The notes under the pieces were generated by a model. That model ran no database searches. It saw only the letters and a program-made list of their open reading frames with translations, and was not told the origin of the DNA. A stretch of DNA of 30,055 nt from a virus (taxonomy: Duplodnaviria; Caudoviricetes), in the IMG/VR virus record IMGVR_UViG_3300012953_000139, positions 1-30,055 of that record, one strand, 5' to 3'. Shown here in pieces: positions 1 through 8,201 of this stretch; position 1 is the stretch's first letter; every line of letters begins with the position of its first letter. Position numbers and translations under genes: made by a program.

Positions 1-234
1 CACAGAACCTTTTACAATACATGGATCAGGGCTCGCTATCGTGTTGCACCTGGTGATAAGTCATTCAAGTTCCACGCTTGCCGGAACACGGCGATTACTG
101 TCATGGCTGAACGTGGTGTCCAGCCTTTGACTGTAGCTAAGATGGTAGGCCATAGAAGCATGACTACAACCCTTGGATATTACAAAGCATCTACATCCGG
201 ATTGAAGGACGCAAGCGACCAATTGAACCTCTAA
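1..234 (+). CDS. int: Tyrosine recombinase/integrase, C-terminal fragment (5' truncated by the window)
   Basis: Not in the ORF track. Frame 1 translates to HRTFYNTWIRARYRVAPGDKSFKFHACRNTAITVMAERGVQPLTVAKMVGHRSMTTTLGYYKAS...LNL*, containing HxxR (HACR) and the GH...TT..Y catalytic box; stop TAA at 232-234. Confidence 0.9.
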   Translation, partial: HRTFYNTWIRARYRVAPGDKSFKFHACRNTAITVMAERGVQPLTVAKMVGHRSMTTTLGYYKASTSGLKDASDQLNL

Positions 235-255
235 TACCTTTTGTCCACCCATTGG
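235..255 (+). promoter_or_regulatory. Putative phage RNA polymerase promoter, copy 1
   Basis: TACCTTTTGTCCACCCATTGG. The first 18 nt are identical to 12081-12098 and the core matches 2829-2845 at 16/17. All three copies are intergenic and on the same strand. Confidence 0.7.
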
Positions 256-311
256 TATACTCGGTAGATAATTAACGAGTGATTTGTAGCACACCGAAAG
301 GGATCATAAGG

Positions 312-2828
312 ATGAAGCAAAAGGGTTCAATAGAACAGCAGATAGAAAGAGATCGTCAGTCGTTAGAAGATGGTTTCAATAGAGCAACCGGTAAGAATAA
401 TAAGATAATACAAGCGAGTTTACGAAGTGAACCGCACAAGGTCATAGAAGGTGCCCTTGAGGCGGTCTCAAGTAAACTTAATGAAACCATTGAGGATGAG
501 TTAAACAAGCCCACAGGCCGCCCTATGGCTTGGGTTAACGATTTAGCAACTCTAGACCCCGATTTGTTGGCATTGATTGGTCTTTCTACATGTATGGATG
601 CCCAAGGTTCACAGGCTACGTATAACTGGACAGTTAACAAGATTGGTCGTCGTGTTGGTCTTGAACTATGGGCAGCTCAGGTACGAGCTGAAGACAAGAA
701 GTTTTATGATCGCGTGACCAAGAAAGCTATCACAGACCACACAAGTGAGCGGTATAGAACTGAAGCTGTCTTAAGTATTGGAACACGCAAGGGTTACCAA
801 AGACCAGAGTTTGTAGATATAGGTACAAGCACCACATCTGCTCGTTGGGTACAGGCAGGGCAACCTATACTCAATGCTATACTGTCTAGCTGTGATGTCT
901 TTGAAATATACACCAACATAGTCAAGAACAAGACCAGAAGACACATAGTCTTAACTGCTGAAGCATCACAACAGATTGCCGAGGGTGAATATGAGGCTGC
1001 TTGGCTTGAGCCTATATTCACACCTATGATTGTACCGCCTAAGCCTTGGACAACTTTCTACACTGGTGCATATGAAGACCCAGCTTTAGCTGAGCAATGT
1101 GAATTAGTGAGGGCTGCATCACCTTGGCAGCGTAAAGAGATATCTCGTCAGCTTAGACGAAGAAAACAACCACCATACATCAGAGCTCTAAACCGGATCC
1201 AAGCGACACCCTTTATGATTAATGAGCCTATACTTGACGCTGTGGTCTGGGCATTTAGCAACAACCTAAGCATAGGTAAGTTTCCCAGGAAGGAACACAT
1301 TGACCCTATAGAGTTTCCAGAGGATTACGACAGCTTGACTGCCTTTCAGAAAAAGGAGCTCAGAGTTAAAGCTCGAAACATCTTTAACCTTAACAAACAG
1401 ATTGATGGTGATCGAGCTGTCATGGCTCAGGACCTAAAGACAGCTAAAGACCTATCAAGCTATGAAGAGTTCTATCTACCATGCAACTTCGACTTCCGTG
1501 GTCGTGTCTATCCTATACCACCATTCAGCCCACATAGAGATGACCACATCAAAGCTATGTTCTATTTAGCGAATGTCAGGCCAATCACACGTAAAGGCTT
1601 TGACTGGCTAAAGATCCATTTAGCGAATGTGGGTGACTTTGATAAAGTCTCTAAGCAGTCTTTTGATGGTCGCATGAAATGGACTGACGACAATCACGAT
1701 ATGATCATGTCTATCGCTGCAGACTACCAGGGCAACCTAGAACTATGGGCTGCAGCAGATAAGCCTTTTCAATTCTTGGCTGCATGTCTTGAATACGCAA
1801 GGTATCAAACTGAAGGCGACGGAATGCTGTCAGGTCTACCCCTAGGCTTAGACGGAACTAACTCAGGCATCCAACACTTCAGCACCCTTGCTAGAAACAT
1901 GAGCGATGCCTACCTGGTAAACCTAATACCTCAGAGTGTCCCTAACGACATCTATCAGGCCGTAGCTGACAAATGCATTGAGTTTGTTAAAGCTGACGTA
2001 GACAATCCCATTGCTAAGCTTTGGCTCGATTATGGGATTGATCGTAAGATAGTGAAACGTAACGTGATGACCTATGGCTACTCCAGCAGACTGTTTGGAT
2101 TTAAAAACCAAATCATGGATGACCTTATGCGTCAGTTAGATCGTAAAGTTAAGAATGGTGATTTAGATAGTCATCCATTCACTGATGATTTCCATACACA
2201 AGTTCTGAGTGCTGAGTATTTAGCCAAGCAGAACTGGACTGCAATTAATGAGGTCATCTCTTCAGCGAAGGAAGGTATGGCCTTTCTTCAAGAGCTTAGT
2301 CACTTAGTGAGCAATGCCAAAGAACACATGCATTGGTACACGCCTGTGCAATTCCCAGCGGCACAGTTTTACCCACAACGGACTGTAAAGAAGATAAAAG
2401 TCTATCTTCATGACCGGACTGCTAATGTTCGAAAGAGAACTCAAGTATCCCTTAAGGATGTTAAGGTAAACACTATTGATGTGCGTAAAAGCAAAACAGC
2501 TATTGCACCTAACTTTATCCATTCGCTTGATTCAGCGCACCTCATCCAAACTGTCTTGTGCATGTTGAAGAAGCGTCCGGCGGTCAAAGACTTCATGCTG
2601 ATACATGATAGCTTTGCCACCACACCAGCGCAGACCGACAAGCTTTATCACGGCATTAGGGAAGCATTTGTAGAGATGTATAACGACAGGAACTATTACA
2701 GTGAACTGTTAGAAACATGCATCAACAGATTAGGGTATATGCCAGTGGACGAAGATTTACCTAATTTACCACACCGAGGCACAATGGATGTGACAGTGGT
2801 TTTATCAAGTAAATACTGCTTCAGTTAG
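312..2828 (+). CDS. Single-subunit DNA-directed RNA polymerase (T7 gp1-like)
   Basis: Motifs DFRGRVY, LDGTNSGIQH (motif A), RKIVKRNVMTYGY (motif B), APNFIHSLD and IHDSF (motif C). ATG 312 preferred over GTG 279 because of the purine-rich AAGGGA upstream. Confidence 0.97.
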   Translation: MKQKGSIEQQIERDRQSLEDGFNRATGKNNKIIQASLRSEPHKVIEGALEAVSSKLNETIEDELNKPTGRPMAWVNDLATLDPDLLALIGLSTCMDAQGSQATYNWTVNKIGRRVGLELWAAQVRAEDKKFYDRVTKKAITDHTSERYRTEAVLSIGTRKGYQRPEFVDIGTSTTSARWVQAGQPILNAILSSCDVFEIYTNIVKNKTRRHIVLTAEASQQIAEGEYEAAWLEPIFTPMIVPPKPWTTFYTGAYEDPALAEQCELVRAASPWQRKEISRQLRRRKQPPYIRALNRIQATPFMINEPILDAVVWAFSNNLSIGKFPRKEHIDPIEFPEDYDSLTAFQKKELRVKARNIFNLNKQIDGDRAVMAQDLKTAKDLSSYEEFYLPCNFDFRGRVYPIPPFSPHRDDHIKAMFYLANVRPITRKGFDWLKIHLANVGDFDKVSKQSFDGRMKWTDDNHDMIMSIAADYQGNLELWAAADKPFQFLAACLEYARYQTEGDGMLSGLPLGLDGTNSGIQHFSTLARNMSDAYLVNLIPQSVPNDIYQAVADKCIEFVKADVDNPIAKLWLDYGIDRKIVKRNVMTYGYSSRLFGFKNQIMDDLMRQLDRKVKNGDLDSHPFTDDFHTQVLSAEYLAKQNWTAINEVISSAKEGMAFLQELSHLVSNAKEHMHWYTPVQFPAAQFYPQRTVKKIKVYLHDRTANVRKRTQVSLKDVKVNTIDVRKSKTAIAPNFIHSLDSAHLIQTVLCMLKKRPAVKDFMLIHDSFATTPAQTDKLYHGIREAFVEMYNDRNYYSELLETCINRLGYMPVDEDLPNLPHRGTMDVTVVLSSKYCFS

Positions 2829-2846
2829 TTTTGTCCACCTATTGGG
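2829..2846 (+). promoter_or_regulatory. Putative phage RNA polymerase promoter, copy 2 (replication genes)
   Basis: TTTTGTCCACCTATTGGG immediately after the RNAP stop. The ending resembles the CACTATAGGG end of T7 promoters. Confidence 0.7.
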
Positions 2847-2867
2847 CTACCCGATCTCCGTATCCCA

Positions 2868-3041
2868 TTGTCATCACATACACGTGAAAGATTATTACAG
2901 CGAGCACGGCTGCACTATAGCCGTGGCGAACCGCTGCCACTTGATTTAATGGCGCAGCTTTTGGCCCAAGGTGTCGAAGTTGTCCATTTTGATCATCACC
3001 CTTCCAAACAATCACTAACCTCAGAAAAGGAGCATGAATAA
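2868..3041 (+). CDS. Small hypothetical protein, 57 aa
   Basis: Below the ORF-track cutoff. TTG start, translates SSHTRERLLQRARLHYSRGEPLPLDLMAQLLAQGVEVV...EHE*. Fills the gap and its TAA overlaps the SSB ATG (TAATG). No clear SD. Confidence 0.6.
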   Translation: MSSHTRERLLQRARLHYSRGEPLPLDLMAQLLAQGVEVVHFDHHPSKQSLTSEKEHE

Positions 3042-3616
3042 TGTCTATTGATAAGATTGTTTTGCAAACGCCTATTGCGAGGACCAGGTATAGTCACCTG
3101 TCCAAGCCTGATACCAAATGGAACTCAGAAGGCGAATATAAGACCGAGCTGGTCTTAGAAAAGAACACGGAAGAAACAAAAGCTTTTGTTAAATCCGTGG
3201 AAGAGGCTGCTAGAGCCTACTATGGAGCTGACGCTGCAAAAGCAATGCTTCCCCTTAAAACTGATGCTGAAACAGGCGAGTTAATCTTTAAAGCTAAGTC
3301 TAGTTTTAAACCTAAGTTTGTTGATAGCGAGGGTGTTCTCTTACGAGAGGCCCACATACCAAACATCTTTAGCGGTTCTGAAATTAGAATGTTTGTAACT
3401 CTTAAGCCCACTGCGGCTCAGGGTAAGATCTACGTCAGCTCTTACATTCAAGCAGTACAGCTTATTAATGTAGTTGAGAGCTCAAGCCCAAGTTCACTGG
3501 AGTTTGACAAGGTTGAAGATGGCTTCAAAGCTCGGCCTGATCTTGCCGGTAGTAACGAACTCCAACCAGGTGATCCTGGTGCGAAAGATCTCGCCAGTTC
3601 ATTCTTGGACCAATAG
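3041..3616 (+). CDS. Single-stranded DNA-binding protein (T7 gp2.5-like)
   Basis: TP..R.RYSHLSKPDTKWNSEGEYK N-terminus, IFSGSE and QAVQLI..VE motifs; position before endonuclease I; SD AAGGAG. Confidence 0.85.
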   Translation: MSIDKIVLQTPIARTRYSHLSKPDTKWNSEGEYKTELVLEKNTEETKAFVKSVEEAARAYYGADAAKAMLPLKTDAETGELIFKAKSSFKPKFVDSEGVLLREAHIPNIFSGSEIRMFVTLKPTAAQGKIYVSSYIQAVQLINVVESSSPSSLEFDKVEDGFKARPDLAGSNELQPGDPGAKDLASSFLDQ

Positions 3617-3995
3617 GTTAGTCCAGAAATATAGGTCGGGTCTCGAAGAACGAGTAGCCGAGCAGATCACAAGCATTGGGCAAGATGTTGTTTACGAGCA
3701 GCATAAGGTTCAATTTGAGTGGCCCGCTCGGTTCTCAAACTACACACCTGACTTCCAATTGATTGGACCAAATGGTTCATTCTTTGTGGAGACAAAAGGC
3801 ATCTTCTCAGTTAAGGACCGGCAAAAGCATTTGCTTATCCAAGAACAATGCCCACACATCGACATCCGATTTGTCTTCAGCAACTCACGTAACAAACTTT
3901 ATAAAGGGAGCTCCACAACCTATGGGATGTGGTGTGACAAGCATAACTTTATGTATTCGGACAGTTTAATACCTCTTGACTGGCTGAGCGCATAA
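3579..3995 (+). CDS. Endonuclease I / Holliday junction resolvase (T7 gp3-like)
   Basis: YRSGLEE, YTPDF, VETKG, DR.KHLLI.EQ.P.IDIRFVF, TTY..WC motifs. GTG 3579 chosen because AGGTGA precedes it. Confidence 0.95.
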   Translation: MRKISPVHSWTNRLVQKYRSGLEERVAEQITSIGQDVVYEQHKVQFEWPARFSNYTPDFQLIGPNGSFFVETKGIFSVKDRQKHLLIQEQCPHIDIRFVFSNSRNKLYKGSSTTYGMWCDKHNFMYSDSLIPLDWLSA

Positions 3996-4003
3996 AGGAG
4001 AGC

Positions 4004-4059
4004 GGGGCCGTTGTTTTTCCCTCCCTTTGCAGCGGCCCCCAATTCATTTCTTAAAGGGA
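4004..4059 (+). promoter_or_regulatory. GC-rich hairpin with anti-SD loop (candidate RBS-sequestering pseudoknot)
   Basis: Stem GGGGCCGTTG (4004-4013) / CAGCGGCCCC (4030-4039), one G-U pair. Loop TCCCTTT (4022-4028) is the reverse complement of AAAGGGA (4053-4059), the primase SD. Confidence 0.65.
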
Positions 4060-4064
4060 TAGCA

Positions 4065-5657
4065 ATGCAACAATATCAAGATAGTAATTATTTATATAAA
4101 GGTCCGTGTGACGACTGCGGCAGTTCAGACGCTTGTGCGGTTTACGATGATGGTCATACGTTCTGTTTCTCCTGTAAGACGTACCGCAAACATGATGGCG
4201 AAATCGTTGAGGGGGCCCCAGTACCACCAGCGCAAAAAGCGCAGCAAGAAAACTTACTCCAGGGTGAAATCCAAGCAAATAGAGACCGAGGACTAAGCGA
4301 AGACACTTGTCGGAAGTTTGGGTACAAGCTGGTAACCTATAAAGGCAAGAAAGCTTGGGCTGCTCCATACAGGAATAAAGACAACATGATTGTCGCGCAG
4401 AAAGTCAGAACACTAGATAAAGACTTTGTGTTGGTTGGTAATGGTAAAGGTTTGTCATTCTTCGGACAGCATTTGTGGTCCGGCGGTAAACGCTTAATAA
4501 TTACCGAGGGTGAGATTGATGCGATGTCAATCAGCCAGGTTCAAGGGCACCGGTGGCCTGTGGTCTCACTCCCGCAAGGCTCTGGTTCAGTCAAAAGAAC
4601 TGTCCGTCAGAATTGGGAATACTTAGAGCGCTTCGAGGAAATCATCGCATGTTTCGATATGGATGATCCTGGTCAAAAGGCTGCGCTCGATTTAGCTGAG
4701 CTTCTCCCACAAGGTAAAGTAAAGATTGTTAGTCTACCGGCTAAGGATGCAAACGACATGCTTATGGCTGGTCGTGAAAAAGAATTAGTCAGTGCACTTT
4801 GGGAAGCTAGACCATACCGCCCCGAAGGTATCGTGTGCGCTTCAGAACTTAGAGACAAGTTACTAAGTGATACTGAAGTATCATGCATGACTTATCCTTA
4901 TGAAAGCCTAAACCTAATTACGCGAGGTATTCGTAAGCAAGAGCTTGTGACCATAACTGCTGGCTCTGGAATGGGTAAAACCACATTCGTATCAGAGATT
5001 GCTTATAATCTACATTCGCAAGGTCACAAGATCGGTATGGTCATGCTTGAAGAAAGTACGCAGCGCACGATGCGGAACTTAGTGTCAATAAAAATGGATT
5101 TTAATTTAGCTGAGGAACACAATGTCCCAAGTAAAGATATTCTTGCTCATTATGATGATATGGTTGCTTCTGGAGATATTTATCTTTTCGACCATTTCGG
5201 CTCCAACGATATCGACACACTTTGTAGCCGCATAAGGTATATGGCGAATGTCTTAAAGGTTGAAGTAGTGATTTTAGATCATGTCAGTCTTTTAGTCTCC
5301 GGCCTTCGAACTAATGACGAAAGAAAGTTAATTGATGTTGCCATGACTGAGCTACGTAAGCTCGTTCAAGAGTGTAACATAGCATTACTGCTCGTCAGTC
5401 ACTTACGTAGGCCCAGCGGCGACAAAGGATTTGAAGAAGGGCTCAAGCCCTCATTGCAAGCGCTGCGGGGTAGTCACTCGATAGCTCAGCTCAGCGATAT
5501 GTGTATTGGGATTCAGTCGGATCCTGATGAACCCAGTAGCAACAAGAGAACGCTATGGGTTCTTAAAAACCGACTGACCGGTGAAGTAGGGAACGCAGGT
5601 AAACTACAGTACAGCCGAAAGGTTGGAAGACTTAAAGAGGTTCACCCAGACTTTTAG
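4065..5657 (+). CDS. DNA primase-helicase (T7 gp4-like)
   Basis: Zn ribbon CDDCGSSD...CFSC; TOPRIM ITEGEID and FDMDDPG; Walker A AGSGMGKTT; LDH, SHLRR, LRGS.SIAQLSD, LKNR.TGE. ATG 4065 follows SD AAAGGGA. Confidence 0.97.
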   Translation: MQQYQDSNYLYKGPCDDCGSSDACAVYDDGHTFCFSCKTYRKHDGEIVEGAPVPPAQKAQQENLLQGEIQANRDRGLSEDTCRKFGYKLVTYKGKKAWAAPYRNKDNMIVAQKVRTLDKDFVLVGNGKGLSFFGQHLWSGGKRLIITEGEIDAMSISQVQGHRWPVVSLPQGSGSVKRTVRQNWEYLERFEEIIACFDMDDPGQKAALDLAELLPQGKVKIVSLPAKDANDMLMAGREKELVSALWEARPYRPEGIVCASELRDKLLSDTEVSCMTYPYESLNLITRGIRKQELVTITAGSGMGKTTFVSEIAYNLHSQGHKIGMVMLEESTQRTMRNLVSIKMDFNLAEEHNVPSKDILAHYDDMVASGDIYLFDHFGSNDIDTLCSRIRYMANVLKVEVVILDHVSLLVSGLRTNDERKLIDVAMTELRKLVQECNIALLLVSHLRRPSGDKGFEEGLKPSLQALRGSHSIAQLSDMCIGIQSDPDEPSSNKRTLWVLKNRLTGEVGNAGKLQYSRKVGRLKEVHPDF

Positions 5658-5670
5658 ATGGGAACCTTAA

Positions 5671-5904
5671 ATGGACTTAAATGTTGAATGGACTGTCTGG
5701 AGACTTAAACCAGGCATCCCTGGTCTTAGTCCTAGAGACCTAAATTATTACAAGCAAATCCAAAATGTAGAACACGTTGTTGTACTGAACAGCGAGAGTG
5801 AAATTGTGCAGGTTTCATCGCCCACCATTGGTGTGAAGAAGCCTGTCAAAAGGAGAAAACGTAATGGGAATAAACAAACCAAAGAAGGTAACGCCGACAC
5901 ATGA
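5671..5904 (+). CDS. Hypothetical protein, 77 aa
   Basis: ORF fills the gap after the helicase, GGGA upstream, basic C-terminus; no recognised motif. Confidence 0.55.
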   Translation: MDLNVEWTVWRLKPGIPGLSPRDLNYYKQIQNVEHVVVLNSESEIVQVSSPTIGVKKPVKRRKRNGNKQTKEGNADT

Positions 5905-6130
5905 TTTGAGTTGGTATGTTAAGTGGGTCTCAACACTACTAATTATGTCGGGCCTGATTTGCCGCGCAATCGCATTCTCAACACCACTGGATTTATTACT
6001 GTCATTCTATGGAACAGTGGGCTGGTGTTTAGTTGGTTACTTATGGAAAGACCGAGCGCTCATGGCGCTTAACGCTTTTGCAGCGCTGTTGCTTCTAATT
6101 ACATTACTAAAGTTTACTGCGGGTGTTTAA
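5864..6130 (+). CDS. Small membrane protein, about 3 TM helices
   Basis: Three hydrophobic stretches (WYVKWVSTLLIMSGLIC, LLLSFYGTVGWCLVGYLW, ALMALNAFAALLLLITLL); SD AAGGAG; stop abuts the polymerase ATG. Confidence 0.75.
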   Translation: MGINKPKKVTPTHDLSWYVKWVSTLLIMSGLICRAIAFSTPLDLLLSFYGTVGWCLVGYLWKDRALMALNAFAALLLLITLLKFTAGV

Positions 6131-7897
6131 ATGTTTGGGCGTTTAACATTCGACATAGAAACAAATGGACTGATACCTGAGCTCGACAGGATCCATTGTC
6201 TTGAAATTAAAGATGTTGATACCGGTCAAGAGTACAGCTTTGGACCACGTGAAATAGAGCTTGGTATTGACGTTTTAGAAAAGGCTGATGAAATCATAGG
6301 TCACAATATATTGGGCTTTGATATACCAGCAATATGCAAGGTCTATCCTGACTTCAAAACCAAAGCTAAACAAACTGATACACTTGTTCTGTCGCAGCTC
6401 ATTAAAGGCGATCTAAAGAATGAAGATTTTATTACCCAACCACCTGAGCTACCGAAACGACTTTATGGGTCTCATTCTCTAAAGGCTTGGGGTCACCGGC
6501 TACATAACCATAAAGGTGACTTTGGATCTAACAATGACTGGTCTACCTGGTCCAAGGAGATGCAGGAATACTGTAGACAAGACGTAAGTTTAACTGTCGA
6601 TTTGTTTAAATACTTAGACACAAAAGGCTGGTCATCCGAAAGTATTGAACTTGAGCACCAAGCTGCAGAACTATGTGGACGTATTGGTAACGCTGGATGG
6701 ACTTTTGATTTAGAGAAAGCAAGAAGCCTTTATGGAACTTTAGCCGAGATCAGAAGTAAGATTGATGTGCAGCTTCAAGACTTGTTTGAGCCTTGGGAAG
6801 TCAGTGAAACTTTTATTCCAAAGCGAGACAACAAGACACTAGGTTACGTAAAAGATAAGCCTTTTGAGAAAAAGAAAACTATTGAGTTCAATCCAAACTC
6901 ACGGAGACACATTGAGTATTGTCTACGACAAAAGTACGGATGGAAACCAAAGCTGTTAACAGTTCATGGTCACGCACAAATTGATGAGACTGTTTTAGGT
7001 GACCTTAACTATCCCGAAGCTCAGCTCCTGTCTAAGATGTTCTTAATTCAAAAGCGTATTGGTCAGTTAGCTGAAGGCAAGAGCGCTTGGATGAAACTTG
7101 TAGATGATGATGGACGCATTCGGCATAGGATCATTTCCTCTGGAACTGTCTCAGGCCGAGCTTCACACCAGCGCCCTAACCTTGCCCAAGTACCGAGAGC
7201 TGCACAGGCTTTTGGTAAACAGTGCCGCGAACTGTTCACTGTTCCGGAAGGCTATAGCCTGGTTGGTTGTGATTTGAGCGGCATCGAGCTGCGGATGTTG
7301 GCTCACTATCTAAATGATGATGGTGAGTACGCTAAGCAAATCCTTGATGGTGATATTCATACAGCCAATCAGAAAGCTGCCGGTCTTGAAACACGTGACC
7401 AGGCAAAGACGTTCATTTACGCACTATGCTTTGGTGCCGGTCCAGCAAGGATTGGTGACATTGTAGGTAAAGGTCCTAAAGAAGGCGCAATACTTCGTAA
7501 GCGTTTCTTTGCGACTATGCCAGCGTTCGAAGAGCTTCAGAAGAATTGTGAAGTGGCTGCAGAACGTGGCTACTTGAAAAGCCTGGACGGACGGAAGGTT
7601 CCTATCCGCTCAGCGCACAGCGCACTTAATACACTGCTCCAGTCAGCAGCGGGGTGCATCAGTAAGAAATGGATCTGTATGATCGACGAGCACCTCTGCG
7701 CTGAAGGGTTAGATGAACACGCTTATATGATCGCTTGGGTGCACGATGAAGTACAGGTCGCTGTCCGTAAAGGATACGAGATTGATGTCGGTGATAGACT
7801 TCGAAGAATGGCGCAAGAAGCTGGAGAACACTTCAAGACGCGAATCAGGATCGACGCAGAGTATAGCGTCGGACAGACCTGGGCTGATAGCCACTAA
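6131..7897 (+). CDS. Family A DNA polymerase (T7 gp5-like)
   Basis: Exonuclease motifs FDIETNG, GHNILGFD, YCRQDV; polymerase motif A DLSGIELR, motif B RDQAKTFIYALCFG, motif C WVHDE; C-terminal W..SH. Confidence 0.97.
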   Translation: MFGRLTFDIETNGLIPELDRIHCLEIKDVDTGQEYSFGPREIELGIDVLEKADEIIGHNILGFDIPAICKVYPDFKTKAKQTDTLVLSQLIKGDLKNEDFITQPPELPKRLYGSHSLKAWGHRLHNHKGDFGSNNDWSTWSKEMQEYCRQDVSLTVDLFKYLDTKGWSSESIELEHQAAELCGRIGNAGWTFDLEKARSLYGTLAEIRSKIDVQLQDLFEPWEVSETFIPKRDNKTLGYVKDKPFEKKKTIEFNPNSRRHIEYCLRQKYGWKPKLLTVHGHAQIDETVLGDLNYPEAQLLSKMFLIQKRIGQLAEGKSAWMKLVDDDGRIRHRIISSGTVSGRASHQRPNLAQVPRAAQAFGKQCRELFTVPEGYSLVGCDLSGIELRMLAHYLNDDGEYAKQILDGDIHTANQKAAGLETRDQAKTFIYALCFGAGPARIGDIVGKGPKEGAILRKRFFATMPAFEELQKNCEVAAERGYLKSLDGRKVPIRSAHSALNTLLQSAAGCISKKWICMIDEHLCAEGLDEHAYMIAWVHDEVQVAVRKGYEIDVGDRLRRMAQEAGEHFKTRIRIDAEYSVGQTWADSH

Positions 7898-8201
7898 AGT
7901 ACAATTATTAGAACAACTACCATTTATGATTGGGATGCATGCCGTGCTCGATAGAGCTTGGCGTGATCCATTCACGACCAAGTCGGACTTTGCGAGAACG
8001 CATGCTGACTTCATTGCAATAGCTAGTTACGAGGGAATGATAACCACCAAACTCTCCGAGGAAACTTGGGGTAAGGAATGGCTAATCACTGAACTTGGCA
8101 TGGCGTTTAGGGAAGATCTCAGGATCACAATAGAAAGGATAGCAGATGACATTTCCGGACACACAGAAGACGAGCCAACAAACGACAACACTCCTGATTG
8201 A
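7785..8201 (+). CDS. T7 gp5.7-like protein (putative host RNAP modulator); start uncertain (7785 or 7926)
   Basis: VLDRAWRDPFTTKSDFARTHADFIAIASYEGMIT...WLITELG aligns by eye with T7 gp5.7 as I recall it (VL......P.TFQSNYVR.NA..VA.AASRG.I....W.IT..G); same position between polymerase and exonuclease. Confidence 0.65.
   Translation: MSVIDFEEWRKKLENTSRRESGSTQSIASDRPGLIATKVQLLEQLPFMIGMHAVLDRAWRDPFTTKSDFARTHADFIAIASYEGMITTKLSEETWGKEWLITELGMAFREDLRITIERIADDISGHTEDEPTNDNTPD

Noticed and set aside
61-294. Minus-strand 77-aa ORF in the track
   Set aside because: Shadow of the plus-strand integrase fragment, which has clear catalytic motifs.
3474-3578. N-terminal extension of endonuclease I from ATG 3474
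   Set aside because: Deep overlap with SSB and no SD; GTG 3579 has a good SD.
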